Shown: positions 16,903 through 27,169, numbered from the stretch's first letter. The stretch is 64,000 nt of DNA from Thermoanaerobaculia bacterium (GCA_963719225.1 CAVRAY010000001.1:928001-992000); one strand, 5' to 3'. Numbers and translations are program-made. The notes: generated by a model not told the origin, from the sequence alone.

Positions 16903-18483
16903 ATGAGCGATTCCACCGTCACGACCTCCTCCGGCATTCCTCTCCGGACCGTGTACGGCCCGGCCGACGTCCCGCCCGGCTGGGAGCCCTCCGCGCCGGG
17001 GGTCTCGCCCTTCACGCGGGGCTCCCTTCCGGGCGGGTATCGCGCGAAGCTCTGGACGATGCGGCAATATGCCGGGTTTTCGAGCGCGAAAGAGTCGAAC
17101 CTGAGGTACCGGTTCCTCCTCGATCAGGGGCAGACGGGCCTTTCCGTGGCGTTCGATCTCCCGACGCAGATCGGGTACGACTCCGACCACGTGCTCGCGC
17201 GCGGCGAAGTCGGAAAGGTGGGCGTCCCGGTGGCGTCTCTCGACGACATGGAGACGTTGCTCGACCGGATCCCGCTCGACAGGGTTTCGATCTCCATGAC
17301 GATCAACGCGACCGCGTCGATTCTCCTCGCGTTTCTCCTGGCCGTCGCCAAGGGACGCGGCACCTCGTGGAAGGCGCTCTCGGGAACGATCCAGAACGAC
17401 ATCCTGAAGGAATACGCGGCGCGCGGGACTTACATGTTTCCGCCGAAGCCTTCGATGCGGCTCGTCACCGACGTCTTCGCGTTCTGCCAGGAGAACGTTC
17501 CGCGCTGGAACACGATCTCGATCTCGGGCTACCACATCCGCGAAGCGGGGGCGACGGCCGTGCAGGAGATCGCCTTCACGATCGCCGACGGCCTCGAATA
17601 CCTCGCGGCCGCGAAGGCGGCGGGCCTCGACCCTTCGGCGATCGCGCCGCGGCTCTCCTTCTTCTTCAACGTCCACAACGATTTTCTCGAGGAGATCGCG
17701 AAATTCCGGGCCGCGCGCACGCTGTGGGCGCAGCTCGTGGCCGAGCGCTTCTCGATCACGGACCCGCGCGCCTCCGCGATGCGCTTTCACACCCAGACGG
17801 CGGGATCGACGCTCACGGCGCAGCAGCCGGAAGTGAACGTCGTGCGGGTCGCGATCCAGGCGCTCGCCGCGGTGCTCGGCGGCACGCAATCTCTCCACAC
17901 GAACGGCAAGGACGAGGCGCTGTCGCTCCCCACCGAGGCTTCCGCCCTTCTCGCGCTCAGGACCCAGCAGGTGATCGCCCACGAGACCGGCGTGACGCGC
18001 GTGGTCGACCCGCTCGGCGGCTCGTGGGCCATCGAGGCGCTGACGGCCTCTCTCGTCGAGAGCGCGGGCGCCCTCGTCCGGAAGGTCGACGGCATGGGCG
18101 GCGCCCTCAAGGCGATCGAGGCGGGCTTCTTCCAGCGCGAGATCCAGGAGAGCGCCTGGCGGGCGCAGCGCGCGATCGAGCAGAAGGAGCAGATCGTCGT
18201 GGGCGTCAACGAGTTCGTCGGGGGCGAGGAGCGTGCGATCCCCATGCTCGTCGTCGACCCCGCGGTGGAGACGGAGCAGGTGAAACGCCTTCAGGCGCTG
18301 CGCGCGCGTCGCGATCCGGCGGCGGCCGAGCGGCGCCGGACCGCGCTCGTCGAGGCGGCGCGCGAGGGGCGAAACCTCCTCCCTCCGCTCGTGGACGCCG
18401 TCACCGATCTCGTGTCTCTCGGCGAGATCGTCGAATCGCTGCGAACCGTCTTCGGCGATCACCGGGAGAACGCGGCCTGGTGA
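16903..18483 (+). CDS. Methylmalonyl-CoA mutase, substrate-binding large subunit (split type)
   Basis: 'WTMRQYAGF' (Tyr indicates MCM-type specificity), '[15 protein letters not shown]', '[12 protein letters not shown]', 'QSLHTN'; no B12-binding DxHxxG domain. Confidence 0.9.
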   Translation: MSDSTVTTSSGIPLRTVYGPADVPPGWEPSAPGVSPFTRGSLPGGYRAKLWTMRQYAGFSSAKESNLRYRFLLDQGQTGLSVAFDLPTQIGYDSDHVLARGEVGKVGVPVASLDDMETLLDRIPLDRVSISMTINATASILLAFLLAVAKGRGTSWKALSGTIQNDILKEYAARGTYMFPPKPSMRLVTDVFAFCQENVPRWNTISISGYHIREAGATAVQEIAFTIADGLEYLAAAKAAGLDPSAIAPRLSFFFNVHNDFLEEIAKFRAARTLWAQLVAERFSITDPRASAMRFHTQTAGSTLTAQQPEVNVVRVAIQALAAVLGGTQSLHTNGKDEALSLPTEASALLALRTQQVIAHETGVTRVVDPLGGSWAIEALTASLVESAGALVRKVDGMGGALKAIEAGFFQREIQESAWRAQRAIEQKEQIVVGVNEFVGGEERAIPMLVVDPAVETEQVKRLQALRARRDPAAAERRRTALVEAAREGRNLLPPLVDAVTDLVSLGEIVESLRTVFGDHRENAAW

Positions 18484-18500
18484 GGTCCGGGCCGGTCGCG

Positions 18501-18644
18501 GGCGCGTCAAACCGGCATTCGAGGCGGGTTTGAAAGGATGCGAAGCGACGTGACCCGCCCGGAATGCCGACTCCCGCCTGTGTAATTCGTCGGAAGGCGC
18601 CTCGAATGCGGGTTTGCGCGGTTCTTACACGGCGTTCAAACCGC
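18501..18644. repeat. Nested, alternative inverted repeats (structured element) between convergent genes
   Basis: 18508-18526 pairs with 18598-18616 (18/19); overlapping 18513-18529 pairs with 18553-18569 (15/17). Confidence 0.65.
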
Positions 18645-18685
18645 AAGTGCCTGTCCGTGAGTGATTTGTCGCCTGCACCCGAAGT

Positions 18686-18762
18686 TGTGCAGACTTTTCG
18701 AGGAGGCCGTCTGTCGCGCTCTCTCGGTTTTTTGCACACGCGAATGCACAGGCCAATTCACA
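18686..18762. promoter_or_regulatory. Cluster of DnaA-box-like 9-mers
   Basis: TTTTGCACA (18730), GAATGCACA (18742) and CAATTCACA (18754) at exact 12-bp period; inverted copy at 18686 and another at 18579. Confidence 0.35.
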
Positions 18763-18795
18763 GAACCTCTGGGTTTCTTCCGAAACCCATGACCT

Positions 18796-19410
18796 TCAAG
18801 GGTTTGGAGTCGACACCTCCGCGCTCTCCGGGAACGCGAGCGACCCTTCGACGGCCGCGACGCCCGGCTCGAAGCAGCGGCGGCAGCGGGCTTCGTAGAG
18901 CCCGGCGGCCCCGACGACGACGCGCTCGCGCGACGCCACGAGGCGCTGGGTGCGGCTCGCGGGCGCGCCGCAGCGCACGCAGATCGCACGCGTCTTCGTG
19001 ATCTCCTCGGCGGCCGCCATGAGGGCCGGCATCGGCTCGAACGGGCGGCCCAGATAGTCCTGGTCGAGGCCCGCGGCGATCACGCGCTTGCCGAGGTCCG
19101 CGAGGCGGTTCGCGACGTCGACGATCCCGGCGTCGAAGAACTGCACCTCGTCGAGGCCCACGACTTCGGTGCGCGCGTCGGTGCGGTCCAGCACCTCGGC
19201 CGAGGACGCGACGGCGAGAGCAGTGAGCCGCAGGCCGCCGTGGGACACCACCTCGACTTCCGAGAAGCGGTCGTCGATCTTCGGCTTGAACACCTGCACG
19301 CGCCGCCGCGCGATCTGCGCGCGCGTGAGACGGCGGATGAGCTCTTCGGACTTCCCGGAGAACATCGAGCCGCAGATGACTTCGAGGGAACCGGTGCCGG
19401 GAGGAGTCAT
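18796..19410 (-). CDS. tdk: Thymidine kinase
   Basis: '[17 protein letters not shown]', 'DEVQFF', '[12 protein letters not shown]', zinc-site Cys pairs CVRC/CRRC. Confidence 0.97.
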   Translation of the reverse strand: MTPPGTGSLEVICGSMFSGKSEELIRRLTRAQIARRRVQVFKPKIDDRFSEVEVVSHGGLRLTALAVASSAEVLDRTDARTEVVGLDEVQFFDAGIVDVANRLADLGKRVIAAGLDQDYLGRPFEPMPALMAAAEEITKTRAICVRCGAPASRTQRLVASRERVVVGAAGLYEARCRRCFEPGVAAVEGSLAFPESAEVSTPNP

Positions 19411-20264
19411 TTTCTGGTCCTGTTTCGAGAGGAAGACAAAGACGAAGACGAGGAAGACGAAGAAAAAGACGAGGGTTTCTTAGAAGGCGCGTGACGGGCC
19501 TTCGCATGCCGGCCTCGGCGCGCCGCGCCTGTGGCGGTTGCCCTCTTTACCTTCAAAGAAATTTCTCTTCTTTTCTTTCTCCTTCTCTCTTTCTCATTTT
19601 CCCTTTCTTTCTGCGCGGCAGCGACACCGACCTTCGGACACAAGTCCGCGAGCGTGCAGCGCTCGCACTGCGGGCGGCGCGCCGTGCAGATGCGCCGGCC
19701 GTGCTGGATGAGCGCGTGGCTGATCCAGGTCCAGCGGCCTTTCGGGATGATCCGGTTGAGGTCGCGCTCGGCCTTCACGGCGTCCGTCTCCCGCGTCCAG
19801 CCGAGGCGACGTGCGACGCGTCCGACGTGCGTGTCCACGACGACGCCGTCCGGCGTGCCCCAGACGTTCCCGAGGACGACGTTCGCCGTCTTGCGCCCGA
19901 CGCCCGGCAACGCGTGCAGGGACTTCATCGTGTTCGGGACCTCGCCGCCGTGCTCGGAGAGGAGGGCCCTCGCGATGCCACGCAGGGATTTCGCCTTCGC
20001 GTTGAAAAAACCGGTCGAGCGGATGATCTCCTCGAGCGCTCCCGGAGGAGAACCGGCCAGAGCGGCGACGTCCGGGTAGCGCCGGAAGAGCTCGGGCGTG
20101 ACCATGTTCACGCGCACGTCGGTGCACTGGGCCGAGAGGACGGTCGCGACGAGGAGCTCGAGCGGGCTCCGGAAATCGAGCGAGCACGCGGCGTCGCCGT
20201 ACAGGTGCTCGAGGCGGACGAGCGTCGCGCGGACGGGCGCAGCCGGAGATTTCCCAGAAGGCAT
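19407..20264 (-). CDS. nth: Endonuclease III with low-complexity C-terminal extension
   Basis: '[16 protein letters not shown]', HhH '[13 protein letters not shown]', 'VDTHV', FeS '[18 protein letters not shown]'; stop overlaps the tdk start (ATGA). Confidence 0.95.
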   Translation of the reverse strand: MPSGKSPAAPVRATLVRLEHLYGDAACSLDFRSPLELLVATVLSAQCTDVRVNMVTPELFRRYPDVAALAGSPPGALEEIIRSTGFFNAKAKSLRGIARALLSEHGGEVPNTMKSLHALPGVGRKTANVVLGNVWGTPDGVVVDTHVGRVARRLGWTRETDAVKAERDLNRIIPKGRWTWISHALIQHGRRICTARRPQCERCTLADLCPKVGVAAAQKERENEKERRRKKRREISLKVKRATATGAARRGRHAKARHAPSKKPSSFSSSSSSSSLSSSRNRTRK

Positions 20265-20296
20265 GAGGGCGGAGAATATGCTAAGAATCGCGGGTC

Positions 20297-21979
20297 TTGA
20301 GGACTCGCGCCCGCCTTCTTCGATTCCTCCCGAGCGCAATTCTCGGAGTCCTCCTTTCGTCTGCTGTTCCCGCGGCGCGCGCGGAAAACCTGGTGGTGAC
20401 GATCCTCGAAACGACGGATCTCCACGGGCGCCTGCTGCCCTGGGATTACCAGCGCGCCCAGGCCGCGGACGAAGGACTCGCCCGCGTCGCCTCGCGCATC
20501 GCCGCGATCCGCAGGGAGACGCCGAACGTGCTCCTCCTCGACGCGGGCGACACGATCCAGGGAACGCCGATCGAGTTCCTGCACGCGAAGGATCCCTCGA
20601 AAGGCCCCGACCCGATGGCCGAGGCGATGAGCGTCCTCGAGTACGACGCGATGGCCGTCGGGAACCACGAGTTCAACTTCGGGCTCGCCGTCCTGCGCAA
20701 GGCGCAGAAGGAGTCCTCGTTCCCGTGGCTCTCCGCGAACACGCGCAACGTCTCGGACGGCTCGGCCGCGTTTCCGGAATACCTCGTGAAGACGGTTGCG
20801 GGGATCCGGATCGGTGTCCTGGGCCTGACGACGCCGAACATTCCGAACTGGGAGCCCGTGCGCAACCGCCCCGGCCTGCGCTGGGAGGACCCGGTCGACA
20901 CGGCGAAACGCCTCGTGCCGGTTCTTCGCGGGAAGGAGCGTTGCGACTTCGTCGTCGCGCTGATTCACAGCGGCCCCGAGGTCGACCTGAAGACCGGCGT
21001 TCCCGACGGCACGGACGACGAGAACCGCGTCGTGGCGCTCTCGAAGGTGCCGGGGATCGATCTCCTTCTCACGGGACACACGCACCGCCGCATCCCGCTC
21101 ACGAGGCTCAACGGCGTCCCGATGATCCAGCCGGGGCGCTGGGGCGACGTCCTCGCGCGCGTGGACGTCACGTTCGAGACGTCCGGCGGGAAGGTGACCG
21201 TGGCGGACGTCTCGGGCGCGCTCCTTCCCTCGGACGCCTCCGTCGCGACGGACCCTGGCGTCGCCGCGATCGCGGCTCCCCACGACGCCGCGGCGCGCGC
21301 CTACATGGACGAGCAGATCGCGGTCGCCGACGAGGACTTCCCGGGTGCGCGCGCCCGGCTCGAGGACACGGCCCTCCTCGACTTCGTGAACGACACGATG
21401 CGGGAGGCCACCGGGGCGGACCTCTCGATGACGTCGCTCCTGCCGGGCCGGTTCGAGGGCTTCAAGAAGGGTCCGATCAAGGTCCGCAACGTCTACACGC
21501 TCTATCCGTACGAGAACGCCCTCGTCGCGATCGAGATCGACGGGGCGACGCTGAAGGCCTGCCTCGAGCACGCCGCCGAGTTCTACGGCAGCGCGGAGTG
21601 GGAGGATGGCCGGCTCGTGCTGAAGCCGAAGGAGAGGATGATCCCGTACAACTTCGACGTCGTTCAGGGCGCGACGTATCGCATCGACCCGACGGCTCCC
21701 GTGGGCTCGCGCGTGAAGGACCTCGCGTACCGCGGGCGCCCCGTGCTGCCCGCGGACCGTTTCACGCTCGCCGTGAACGCCTACCGCGCCCAGGGTTCCG
21801 GCGGCTACAAGGCGCTCAAGGGTGCGAAGGTCGTCAAGGAAATCAAGGACGAGATCCGCGAGCTCCTCATCGAGCGGCTCCGCAAGCTCGGCCACGTGAG
21901 GCCGCAGGCGGATCACAACTGGATCGTCGCGCCCGACGCCGTCTGGGCGCCGGAAGCGCCCCGACCTCGCACGAATTGA
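20297..21979 (+). CDS. Periplasmic 2',3'-cyclic-nucleotide 2'-phosphodiesterase / 5'-nucleotidase family
   Basis: 'TTDLHG', 'DAGDTIQG', 'GNHEFNFG', 'GHTH', 5'-nucleotidase C-domain 'LYPYEN', 'AVNAYRAQGSGGY'; signal peptide. Confidence 0.9.
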   Translation: MRTRARLLRFLPSAILGVLLSSAVPAARAENLVVTILETTDLHGRLLPWDYQRAQAADEGLARVASRIAAIRRETPNVLLLDAGDTIQGTPIEFLHAKDPSKGPDPMAEAMSVLEYDAMAVGNHEFNFGLAVLRKAQKESSFPWLSANTRNVSDGSAAFPEYLVKTVAGIRIGVLGLTTPNIPNWEPVRNRPGLRWEDPVDTAKRLVPVLRGKERCDFVVALIHSGPEVDLKTGVPDGTDDENRVVALSKVPGIDLLLTGHTHRRIPLTRLNGVPMIQPGRWGDVLARVDVTFETSGGKVTVADVSGALLPSDASVATDPGVAAIAAPHDAAARAYMDEQIAVADEDFPGARARLEDTALLDFVNDTMREATGADLSMTSLLPGRFEGFKKGPIKVRNVYTLYPYENALVAIEIDGATLKACLEHAAEFYGSAEWEDGRLVLKPKERMIPYNFDVVQGATYRIDPTAPVGSRVKDLAYRGRPVLPADRFTLAVNAYRAQGSGGYKALKGAKVVKEIKDEIRELLIERLRKLGHVRPQADHNWIVAPDAVWAPEAPRPRTN

Positions 21980-21992
21980 GCCCGGCTCTTCG

Positions 21993-22805
21993 TCAATTCG
22001 ACGGGGAGAGGTCCCAGGCGCGGATCAGGTTGAATCCGATTTTCACGTTCCGGTCCGTGACGCCGCCGCTGTAGTCGCCGCCGACGTACTGGTCCACGGT
22101 CGAGGCCTGCGAGTTTCCCATCCACAGGGCGAACCTGTGGTTGAAGACCTGCTTCTCGATCGCGACGGACCACTGCCCGACCGAGTCGGGCACGACGTTC
22201 TTCGTCGGGACGTACTCTCCGATGAGCGCGATCGACTTCGTGATCTTGAGCTGCAGGATGAGCGGCACGTTGAAGACGTCCTTCTGGAACTGCGTGTTCT
22301 GCGCGTAGCTCGGCGCCGCCGCGAGCGTGACGCGGTTGGCGATCGTGTAGGAGACGAGGACCTGCCCGAAAAAGCTCGTCTCCTTCGGAGCGTAAGCGGC
22401 GGTCCGCCAGTCGAGACCCGCGCGCGCGCCGACGGCCAGGGGAAGAGAGGCGTTGGGCCTGAGGAGCGTTCCCTTCAGGGCGAATTCGTAATCCGCGTAG
22501 TTGTTCACGCGATAGACCTGCACCGCGAGGTTCGGAATGAAGACGTAGTCCACGCCGATGCCGATCGCAGCCCCGCTGTCGAGACCCCAGAGGCTGCTCC
22601 CGCCGGCATCCTTCACGGCCTGGTTGAAGCGGTGCGTGAAGACGGCCTCGAACTTCCCCCGTTCGTTCGTGAGCGGAGTGGACGTCTGCGAGAACCGGTT
22701 GCCCAGGGTGGTCGTCACGCCTTCGTCGCCGCGGCCCTCCCCGGCGCCGAGCACGAAGGCGGAGACGACGGCAACGAGGGCGACCGTCCGGATCGCCTTG
22801 CGCAT
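21993..22805 (-). CDS. DUF5777-like outer-membrane beta-barrel protein
   Basis: Signal peptide; 'FTHRF...LWGLDSGA', 'HRFALWMGNS', 'IGFNLIRAW'. Confidence 0.65.
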   Translation of the reverse strand: MRKAIRTVALVAVVSAFVLGAGEGRGDEGVTTTLGNRFSQTSTPLTNERGKFEAVFTHRFNQAVKDAGGSSLWGLDSGAAIGIGVDYVFIPNLAVQVYRVNNYADYEFALKGTLLRPNASLPLAVGARAGLDWRTAAYAPKETSFFGQVLVSYTIANRVTLAAAPSYAQNTQFQKDVFNVPLILQLKITKSIALIGEYVPTKNVVPDSVGQWSVAIEKQVFNHRFALWMGNSQASTVDQYVGGDYSGGVTDRNVKIGFNLIRAWDLSPSN

Positions 22806-22821
22806 GAAACCCTCCTCGCGC

Positions 22822-25383
22822 CTATTTCGGGATGACGAGCGGCTGGATCACGTCGGTGTCGCGGGACCTGAGGTCCTGCCTCACGAGGACCGCGAGGAAC
22901 GGCCCGGTGCCGTCGGCGGGAACGACGTCGAGGCGCCCGAGGTCCGTTTTCGCGCCGGCCAACCAGCCCGGAAGCGAGACGGCGCCCGACGGCGGCACCG
23001 TGACCGTGCGGCTGCCGACGGCGGTGCCGTCCGCGCCGGTGAATTTCACCGTGACGTCGCCCGGGTTCGCCGACGTCGACGTGAGGTGGAGCGTCGAGGA
23101 AAAGTCGTCGTTCTGCGTGGCCGAGAGGAACACGCCCCGCGAGCCCGACGGGATCGCGGAGGGAGACGCGGCGAAGGCCGCGCGCGACGTGAAGACGACG
23201 TTTCCCCCGGAGGAAAGCGCGGCGCGGAAGGTGGCGAAGGCCGCTACCGGCTGATCGGCGGCGACGTCGAGCGTCCCCGTGGCTGCCGCGGCGGGACTTC
23301 CCAGGTCGAGCGTGACGACCGCGCCGGGAGGGACGGTCGTCGTCGCGAGCGGGCCGCCCGGCGCGAGAGCGGGTCCGTCGACGGGCTGCGCGACGCGGAA
23401 GGACACGCCGACGTTCGCGGAACCCGTCCCGCTGTTGAAGATCTGGAGCGTCGGCTTGACGCCGCCTCCGCGCGTAAAGCCCGCGATCTGGAGGCTGTTG
23501 GCGAGCGCGGACGCTCCGACAGGGGCGAGGCCCGCGACGTCTCCGCTCCCGCGGTCCACGGCCGAGCCGAACAGCAGAACCCGCCCGGTCGCCACCGTGC
23601 AGACGATGCGCGCGGACGGAAGGGTCGGCAGCGCGAAGGCGTCGAAGATGGACGTGCCCTGGACGTGGTAACCGCTCGGCCAGTCGTACGCGTAGCTCGC
23701 GCGGGAGACGCCGCTCGCGTCGACGATCGAGATCGTGCCCCGCGACGCTTCCGTGACCAGGACGCCCGCGATCGTCTGCTCTCCGACGTCGGAGGACGCG
23801 AAGAGAAAGCCCGTGTCGCCCGCGCCCAGCGCGGCGGTGCCCGCCACGGCGTTCGCGGCGTCGCCCAGGGTTCCGCCTGAGGGAGCGGAAAGGGAGACGC
23901 GCGACCACGCGAACGTGTCGTCGAGGACGTCCGACGTGATCCGAACGCCGCCCTGGACGCCCGCCGAGTCCATGCCCGCGCCGATGACGTCCTGCTGGGA
24001 CACGAGCGTGCCGGCCGGCACCGGCTGCGTCGCGGCGCCCGACAATCCGGCGATCCATCCGTCGGGCAGGATCCGCTGAACGTAGTTCATGACCTTCGTC
24101 ACTCCAGTGGAATCGGGAGTCCCCCGATTCCAGGTGACGATCTGGGTGCGATACGAGCGGGCCGAATCGGAGGAGAAAGGCGCCGCCGATGCGGAGGTGA
24201 GATACAGCTCCTTGTCGTCGACCTTCGGCGGGGGAGAGAGAGCGCCGAAGGCGCCGCTCGTCCCGAAGAAGATCCTGCCGCGCGCCTCGTCGATCAGCAT
24301 GGCCCAGAGCGAGCTGCCGCTGTTCACGAGGATCTGCGCGAGTCCGGGCTGGCCGCTCCCGACGTCGACCACGACGCTCGGAGGCGTCAGATCCTGCTCG
24401 TCGAGCGTGAGAGCGCTCGTCACGGCCGTCGTCGCGAAGGTCGTCCGCGCGACCGGGACGGCGTCCGTGAACGTGAGAGTCGAAGTCGACGACGGCGTGG
24501 ATTTCCCGGGGTCGAGGAACCCCACCTGGCCCGCCTGATCCGAATAGACGACGAGCCCCTTGTAGTTGTGGATGTCGTAGGGGAACGAGCCCGATGGGAG
24601 CGTGAACACGTCCAGGGTGCCGGTCGCATCGTCGAAGCGGCCGAGCTGTCCCGAGGCGTAAAAGGTGATCCAGAGCTTTCCGTCCGCGAGGCGAACGATC
24701 TTCGAGGGCGAAAGAGTCGTCGAGGGCAGCGTCCAGATCCTGGCGGTCGAGACGTCCGGAGCCCAATGGACGACCGACTGGAAGATGAAGTCGAGGGAGA
24801 AGATCGATCCGTCCGGATCCTGCCAGGGGTAGGAGTTGTAGTAGACGCCGGGGGTCGTGTAGTAGATGAAGTTCGGGACCGCGGGATCGAAGACCGCGAG
24901 GAGCCCGCCTGTTTCCGGCAGCCAGAATTTTCCGTCGGGTCTTTTCACGAGCGCCGTGGGCCGGCGCGCGCCGTCGGTGTATTCCGTGACGCTTCCGGTG
25001 GCCGGATCGAAGTGCGCGACCTTGAAGCCGCCGAGCTCCGTGATCCAGAACGTGCCGTCGTCGTCCCTCAGAAGAGAGCTCGGCGCGGCGTCCTTCGCCA
25101 TGATCCAGCGCGAGAGCTTCGTGCGGTCGCCGGACATGCGGGAGATGGCGTTCTCCTCGGCGGAAACGGCCCACACGGATCCGTTCGCTTCCTTCACCAT
25201 GTTGGCGCCGTCGTAAGCCAACGCGCCCGTGAAGGAGTAGAGCTCCGTGCCGGCAGGGACCGGACGCGGCGTCGGCGTGGGTGTGGGGGTCGGCGTCGGC
25301 TCCTGCCCGCGAGCGGGAAGCGTCAGGGCGAAGACGGCGATGAAGAACGGAAGAAGGAGTCCGGGGGAGCGCTTGCGTGTCAC
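22822..25383 (-). CDS. Secreted Vgb (streptogramin-lyase-like) beta-propeller protein with beta-sandwich C-terminal region
   Basis: Signal peptide plus PTPTPT linker; repeats 'DGTFWITE', 'PDGKFW', 'DGKLWIT'; start GTG 25383 (7 nt after TACAAT) or ATG 25392. Confidence 0.65.
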   Translation of the reverse strand: MTRKRSPGLLLPFFIAVFALTLPARGQEPTPTPTPTPTPRPVPAGTELYSFTGALAYDGANMVKEANGSVWAVSAEENAISRMSGDRTKLSRWIMAKDAAPSSLLRDDDGTFWITELGGFKVAHFDPATGSVTEYTDGARRPTALVKRPDGKFWLPETGGLLAVFDPAVPNFIYYTTPGVYYNSYPWQDPDGSIFSLDFIFQSVVHWAPDVSTARIWTLPSTTLSPSKIVRLADGKLWITFYASGQLGRFDDATGTLDVFTLPSGSFPYDIHNYKGLVVYSDQAGQVGFLDPGKSTPSSTSTLTFTDAVPVARTTFATTAVTSALTLDEQDLTPPSVVVDVGSGQPGLAQILVNSGSSLWAMLIDEARGRIFFGTSGAFGALSPPPKVDDKELYLTSASAAPFSSDSARSYRTQIVTWNRGTPDSTGVTKVMNYVQRILPDGWIAGLSGAATQPVPAGTLVSQQDVIGAGMDSAGVQGGVRITSDVLDDTFAWSRVSLSAPSGGTLGDAANAVAGTAALGAGDTGFLFASSDVGEQTIAGVLVTEASRGTISIVDASGVSRASYAYDWPSGYHVQGTSIFDAFALPTLPSARIVCTVATGRVLLFGSAVDRGSGDVAGLAPVGASALANSLQIAGFTRGGGVKPTLQIFNSGTGSANVGVSFRVAQPVDGPALAPGGPLATTTVPPGAVVTLDLGSPAAAATGTLDVAADQPVAAFATFRAALSSGGNVVFTSRAAFAASPSAIPSGSRGVFLSATQNDDFSSTLHLTSTSANPGDVTVKFTGADGTAVGSRTVTVPPSGAVSLPGWLAGAKTDLGRLDVVPADGTGPFLAVLVRQDLRSRDTDVIQPLVIPK

Positions 25384-25450
25384 GTCGGGCATTGTAGCGG
25401 CCCGAGATGCACGCTCCGTTCCGCTTCCCACGTCGTGAAAAGTGGCCGGT

Positions 25451-25480
25451 TTGACGCGCCGGAGACGCTTGGCGTAGGAT
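25451..25480 (+). promoter_or_regulatory. Sigma70-type promoter for rho
   Basis: TTGACG-N18-TAGGAT, about 220 nt upstream of the rho start. Confidence 0.6.
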
Positions 25481-25701
25481 TGGGTCTCGCAGGGCGGCCC
25501 CGAACGTTCGGAGAGCCCACCGGCGCCGCAGCGCGGAGCCGGAATGGCCGCAGAGACCGCGGCCGCCCCGCCAGGGAGAACCCAAGTCAAGGGCCCGAAG
25601 CGCGGAGGATGCGTGCGTTCACCTTGGAACGCCGTCCCCGGCCGGAAGCCACGAGGGAAGTCCGTTGGCTCGCATCGAGGGGCCAACCCCGGAGGATTAA
25701 T

Positions 25702-27165
25702 TTGAGCGAGATGGACCCGAAGGATCGAGTCCTCACGGCACCCGGCGACTCGCAAAGGGGCGACGTCGACGTTCCGGATGGGGAGTTCGAGGCCGATTCC
25801 GCCGGCCCGGAGACCGAAGAGGGCTCAGAGGCCGCGGAATCGAACGAGGGCGGCGACGCGCAGCCTGCCGCCGAAGGCGAGGGCCAGAACGCGTTCGACC
25901 CCTACAGGCGGCGGAGACGCCGGCGCCGTCGGCGCGGCCGCGGACGCGGTCCCGGTCCGGCAGTCGCGGGCGACGGAAGCGGCACGCTCTCGCCGGAGGG
26001 CGTCTCCCCCGAGGCCCGGGGCCGTTACGCCCCGCGCATGGAGCCAGCCGCCGTCGCGAACGCGCCCCGCACGGCGATCAAGGGAATCGTGAAGCTTCAC
26101 GGGGACCACTCCGGCACGCTCGTCTCGTCGACGACCTATTTTCCCGAGCGCGGAGACCCGTTTCTTCCGAAGTTCCTCGTGGAATCCGAGGACCTCGAGG
26201 ACGGCCTTCTCGTCGAGGCCGAGGCCGTCTCGCGCGGCCCGAAGGGCCCGATCGTCCAGAAAGTGATCTCGATCGAAGGACTCGAGCCGGCGGACTATCG
26301 CGGCAAGTACATCCAGTTCCACAAGGGCGTGTCGGTCGACCCCGACCGGCGCCTCCGGATGGAAACCGCGGCGGACGAGATCTCCGGCCGCGTCCTGGAT
26401 CTCGTGGCGCCGATCGGACGAGGCCAGCGCTGCCTGATCGTCGCGCCTCCGAAGGCGGGCAAGACGTTCCTCCTGAAAACGATGGCGAACGCCATCGCGA
26501 AGAACGACCCCGACGTGAAGATCTTCATGCTCCTCGTGGACGAGCGTCCCGAGGAGGTCACCGACATGCAGCGGTCGATCACGGGGGAGGTGGTCGCCTC
26601 GCCGAGCGACCTCAACGCGGCGCATCACATCGCCGTTTCGGAGGCGTGCTTCGAGCGGGCCAAACGCCTCGTCGAGATCGGCCACGACGCCGTCATCTTC
26701 TGCGACTCGATCACGCGCATGAGCCGCGCCTACAACAACGAGCAGCGCGGAAGCGGCCGCATTCTCTCGGGTGGAATCGACGCCCGGACGATGGAGAAGC
26801 CGCGCCGCTTCTTCGGCGGCGCGCGGAATCACGAGGGCGGCGGCTCTCTCACGATCATCGCGACGTGTCTCATCGACACGGGAAGCAGGATGGACGACGT
26901 CATCTTCGAGGAATTCAAGGGCACCGGCAACAGCGAGATCATCCTCGACCGCGGCCTCTTCGAGCGCCGCATCTTCCCCTGCATCAACATCCCTGCTTCC
27001 GGCACCCGCAAGGAGGAGAAGCTCTACGACGCGGACGAGCTCCCGAAGATCCACAAGCTCCGCCGGGCGCTTTCTTCGGTGAAGCCACAGGACGCGATGG
27101 AGCTCCTGCTCTCTAAGCTCGGAAAGACGAAGACGAACAAGGAGTTCCTGAAGAGTATTCTTTAG
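25702..27165 (+). CDS. rho: Transcription termination factor Rho with atypical N-terminus
   Basis: '[23 protein letters not shown]', '[13 protein letters not shown]', '[11 protein letters not shown]', '[11 protein letters not shown]', 'SGTRKEE'; TTG start after GGAGG (the ORF track start at 24568 is spurious). Confidence 0.95.
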   Translation: MSEMDPKDRVLTAPGDSQRGDVDVPDGEFEADSAGPETEEGSEAAESNEGGDAQPAAEGEGQNAFDPYRRRRRRRRRRGRGRGPGPAVAGDGSGTLSPEGVSPEARGRYAPRMEPAAVANAPRTAIKGIVKLHGDHSGTLVSSTTYFPERGDPFLPKFLVESEDLEDGLLVEAEAVSRGPKGPIVQKVISIEGLEPADYRGKYIQFHKGVSVDPDRRLRMETAADEISGRVLDLVAPIGRGQRCLIVAPPKAGKTFLLKTMANAIAKNDPDVKIFMLLVDERPEEVTDMQRSITGEVVASPSDLNAAHHIAVSEACFERAKRLVEIGHDAVIFCDSITRMSRAYNNEQRGSGRILSGGIDARTMEKPRRFFGGARNHEGGGSLTIIATCLIDTGSRMDDVIFEEFKGTGNSEIILDRGLFERRIFPCINIPASGTRKEEKLYDADELPKIHKLRRALSSVKPQDAMELLLSKLGKTKTNKEFLKSIL

Positions 27166-27169
27166 CCTT

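Noticed and set aside
16903-18483. Novel acyl-CoA mutase (isobutyryl- or 2-hydroxyisobutyryl-CoA type) or truncated pseudogene
   Set aside because: RQYAGF Tyr and the KEYAAR Arg indicate ordinary methylmalonyl-CoA specificity, and split large/small subunit genes are common
18484-18795. CRISPR array or tRNA in the repeat-rich intergenic gap
   Set aside because: No regularly spaced 23-47-bp direct repeats, no cas genes and no cloverleaf or T-loop signature
25261-25300. Short tandem repeat GGCGT(C/G)/GGTGTG
   Set aside because: It simply encodes the PTPTPT linker after the signal peptide
25481-25690. Possible 6S RNA upstream of rho (contains TTCACCTTG and CAAGGG words)
   Set aside because: No long end-to-end pairing could be built by eye; kept only as a structured leader pending an Infernal search
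24568-25701. Apparent extra ~380-aa N-terminal extension of Rho in the ORF track
   Set aside because: It overlaps the opposite-strand propeller gene and the rho promoter; the GGAGG-TTG at 25702 gives a better start
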